Sequence record: NC_042081.1
Direction: 5' to 3' (one strand)
DNA: 64,000 nt
The translations under genes and the position numbers were made by a program. Of the stretch, positions 60,025 through 64,000 are shown one piece after another (within the stretch, counting starts at the first letter, position 1; each line of letters opens with the position of its first letter). The notes beneath the pieces are model-generated. The model had not been told where the DNA came from. It made no database searches and was given only the letters and a program-made list of their open reading frames with translations.

Positions 60025-60498
60025 TTAAAATGCTTGACCAGGACAAACCCAAATATAATCACCAGTTGTTTGGCCATTAGGTCTGACTAATATAAATCGT
60101 TGTCCAACCGTACCGCGCACAGAAGCATCTTCAAATGGAAAACCTCTAGGTATAACTAATTTACCATCTTTGTCTTGTGCCCAAAAACTTAATGAGTCCC
60201 TAGTCTCTTTGCCATTAATAGGATCTTTTTCATAGAAACTCAATACGAAAGTAAATCCATTTGGCAATGATGTATTATATTTAATAACAGTGCCAATAAA
60301 TGTAGGTGTTGTTGGTGATGATACATATCCATCTTCTTCTTTAAAGATAATGTTAGTATCAAAATAATCTTTAACATCTAACAGATTATAAATAACATCA
60401 TCTCCATAAAGAGGGTGTTTCATTTTTAATGGATATTTATTTATTGTTGTGTAAAATGCACCAGGAATGAAATTATCACATTTTGATGTATCTGCCAT
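60025..60498 (-). CDS. Hypothetical beta-rich protein (157 aa)
   Basis: AGGAG RBS. Confidence 0.8.
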   Translation of the reverse strand: MADTSKCDNFIPGAFYTTINKYPLKMKHPLYGDDVIYNLLDVKDYFDTNIIFKEEDGYVSSPTTPTFIGTVIKYNTSLPNGFTFVLSFYEKDPINGKETRDSLSFWAQDKDGKLVIPRGFPFEDASVRGTVGQRFILVRPNGQTTGDYIWVCPGQAF

Positions 60499-60501
60499 GA
60501 T

Positions 60502-60906
60502 TTACTCCTGTACATCCGTCATTACACGTCCTTCGATAGACCAGTATAATTCATTTTCTAATGAATCATAAACCGTTCTATATTCACATGCCTCACCTTT
60601 GTTTAATTGACAGTCAACTTTGAATACACGGTTACCAACTAAACGATTACCATAAGCACGAATCACCAATAATCCATTTGTCTTATTAGCAATAGTAAAT
60701 ACATATTTACCTTTTTTAGTATCATAGGCAGTAGCTGGTAAATTTACTATAAATGGACTATCTGAATTATCATTATCAGTATAATTAGGATCTTCAACGA
60801 TAATGTGCGCATTAAGATAAGTTGAGTCAATATCAAACTTACGTCCAGTTGCTTTAGACGTGTCAATTACTTTCATAGGTGGGTAGATATAACAGAATTC
60901 GCTCAT
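60502..60906 (-). CDS. Tail-fibre-like beta domain protein (134 aa)
   Basis: IVNLPA..G..FTIANKTN motif; ATGA overlap supports the 60906 start. Confidence 0.7.
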   Translation of the reverse strand: MSEFCYIYPPMKVIDTSKATGRKFDIDSTYLNAHIIVEDPNYTDNDNSDSPFIVNLPATAYDTKKGKYVFTIANKTNGLLVIRAYGNRLVGNRVFKVDCQLNKGEACEYRTVYDSLENELYWSIEGRVMTDVQE

Positions 60907-61853
60907 GATTGCATCCACCATGACAGACCAAGTGTATACATCGCTTTAGTTGTTTCATTATAACAGATAAATCGAGTATAGCCATTATTAGGTAAGAAAC
61001 CAGTACTTGTATACATTGGCCTAATGATACTCTGTTGATAAGCAGTAGCTATATCAACATCTTCATTAGTTAAATTCAGTATTCGATATTCAGCACCAGC
61101 CTTAAGTTTCTCGCTATTGCCAGAAGGTAGTATAACACCTTTAGGTGACTCTGCTATTTGAGCACCATCTGGTTTAGGCATTAGTACCAATAGCCTACCT
61201 ATAGCTTGATCATAAGGCGGACAAATCCAATTACCAAATTTACCTGTTTCATTATCAACTGTAATTGTAAATGGTACAAGCAATTGCGGGAATATCTGAT
61301 ATCCATCTGTTGGTTCTGGATCAGGATCTGGATCTGGGTCCGGCGGATCAGGGTCAACATCACCACCTGAATGTAACCATAGATTTAACCATCCTCTCCA
61401 CCATAGTGACGAATCAATAGCTTTAAATAAAAAGTTTGGTTGTTTCTTACCACCGGTATACGTTATATTAGATATTTCTAACCATATGTCACTAGCAGTA
61501 AAATTTAATTTAGCTTTATTAGCAACATACGCAACTAAAGCTTCGCTATTTTTTAACCCTTGAACAACCGTTACTTCTGATGCTGTCCAATATGGATTTT
61601 TAATATAATCATTAACATTAAAACGATTATAAAGAAAGTCGTAATAAACAGCACTATTAGTTGCATCTTTTTGAATGCGAACAAATGTCCTATTAGGTTC
61701 ATCGATAGTTGCACTATCCATCACCATTACAATAATGGACTTATCCTCAGATAAACCTAAATCCGGATATGTTGTTGTAACTGCTTTGAAGAAACCTATT
61801 CGTGGATCTTGCCCACGCGGGTTATCCGCAAGATTAAGAGTGAATCTACGCAT
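60903..61853 (-). CDS. Two-domain putative virion appendage protein with a Pro-Asp linker (316 aa)
   Basis: YNRF..SLWW.G N-domain, DPDPPDPDPDPDPEP linker, fibre-like C-domain. Confidence 0.75.
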   Translation of the reverse strand: MRRFTLNLADNPRGQDPRIGFFKAVTTTYPDLGLSEDKSIIVMVMDSATIDEPNRTFVRIQKDATNSAVYYDFLYNRFNVNDYIKNPYWTASEVTVVQGLKNSEALVAYVANKAKLNFTASDIWLEISNITYTGGKKQPNFLFKAIDSSLWWRGWLNLWLHSGGDVDPDPPDPDPDPDPEPTDGYQIFPQLLVPFTITVDNETGKFGNWICPPYDQAIGRLLVLMPKPDGAQIAESPKGVILPSGNSEKLKAGAEYRILNLTNEDVDIATAYQQSIIRPMYTSTGFLPNNGYTRFICYNETTKAMYTLGLSWWMQS

Positions 61854-61876
61854 TGCACCACCTTTAGATTAATATA

Positions 61877-61898
61877 AGAGAGGGCCTTTGCCCTCTCT
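61877..61898 (-). terminator. Terminator hairpin
   Basis: agagagggc-cttt-gccctctct. Confidence 0.75.
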
Positions 61899-61908
61899 CA
61901 TTTATGCA

Positions 61909-63249
<1,341 letters not shown>

Positions 63250-63424
63250 TTAATCCTCATAATTAGAGCGCGATGGGTTTCCATCTATAAAATCAGTCTG
63301 TTCTAGTTGTGTTAAAATAAAAAGTCTGGTATTATGAGCTTTACGTAATACCCTTGTAACAGTCTATTGATAGAAATGCCAATACTGGCTTTTATGGGTA
63401 GGCATAGTACTAACAGAGGTCATC

Positions 63425-63715
63425 ATGCTCGGTTTGACTATTAAAGCCTTGCTCTTCGTTTGGCCATTCCTTAAAAGAGCTATCTTTGGTGATAGGACTA
63501 TTAAGGAAGTGTTGCTGGAAAACAAACATGTCACGGCGATGTTAATCCTAGTCGTAATATTACTAGGTACCTTATTCATAGTGACTAGTGAGTTGAAGTC
63601 AGTTAAAGCAAGCAACTGGGCCGTTAAAGCCGAAATGGATCGACTCAAGAAAATGACGCCTGAGAAGGCTGAAATGCTTGAGCGCCGCCGTCGTTTAAAT
63701 GACTTGCTAAAGTAA
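63425..63715 (+). CDS. Putative inner-membrane spanin subunit (or holin-like), 96 aa
   Basis: One strong TM helix then a charged coiled coil; GAGG RBS; followed by a lipoprotein gene. Confidence 0.6.
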   Translation: MLGLTIKALLFVWPFLKRAIFGDRTIKEVLLENKHVTAMLILVVILLGTLFIVTSELKSVKASNWAVKAEMDRLKKMTPEKAEMLERRRRLNDLLK

Positions 63716-63735
63716 GTACCAAATTGGTGGATCAC

Positions 63736-64000
63736 ATGTCAAGAAAGTTCTTTCTAATACTCCTACCACTTATCAGTGGCTGTGTTTATACGCCACATGA
63801 GTACCACACGCACAACACGACTGTGGTCCAATATGAGCACTCCTCTTCTACAGATGATCATACATCTGTTGTTACAACTAAAGAAGAGGTAATACAAAAA
63901 GTTCTGCCTACACCTAAAAAATATAGTAAGGATACTAGTAAGAAGTGTATGGTTTTCGAACTACCAAGAAAGAAACCGGTACCGCCAACACCGATTATTA
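63736..64000 (+). CDS. Putative outer-membrane lipoprotein / o-spanin (partial)
   Basis: MSRKFFLILLPLISGC signal peptide II with lipobox ISGC; Pro-rich continuation; runs off the window. Confidence 0.7.
   Translation, partial: MSRKFFLILLPLISGCVYTPHEYHTHNTTVVQYEHSSSTDDHTSVVTTKEEVIQKVLPTPKKYSKDTSKKCMVFELPRKKPVPPTPII

Noticed and set aside
61311-61365. GATCC/GGATC tandem repeats
   Set aside because: They simply encode the Pro-Asp linker; not a separate repeat element
63364-63735. 123-aa minus-strand ORF
   Set aside because: Antisense shadow of the membrane protein gene, which has the RBS

Overview
AT-rich segment of a phiKZ-like (Phikzvirus) nucleus-forming Pseudomonas jumbo phage. It runs in reverse orientation relative to phiKZ and covers roughly gp222 to gp156. 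The gp numbers come from recalled synteny and protein sizes, not from a database search. The left part (1-27 kb) is mostly minus-strand accessory genes in promoter-genes-terminator units. These include dCTP deaminase, an AAA ATPase, a DprA-like SLOG protein, a DEDDh exonuclease, DUF3307 and thymidylate kinase. A plus-strand SF2 helicase operon interrupts them, and the helicase carries an Ala-start class 3 intein. The right part is the core virion region: a Tad1-family immune-signal sponge, gp182, the 2237-aa gp181 tail protein with a lytic transglycosylase domain, virion RNAP subunits gp180 and gp178, prohead protease gp175, an SbcC-like ATPase, the central spike plus PAAR tip, inner-body proteins and a probable spanin pair. 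The strongest leads are: (1) the Tad1 homologue has a head-protein-like propeptide and sits at the end of a structural gene run, so it may be packaged in the virion; (2) a GC-rich multi-stem RNA-like element at about 12.0-12.17 kb; (3) the class 3 intein with a decaying homing endonuclease in the helicase P-loop; (4) a near-identical 32-bp palindrome at five convergent gene junctions. I found no tRNA, rRNA or CRISPR array.
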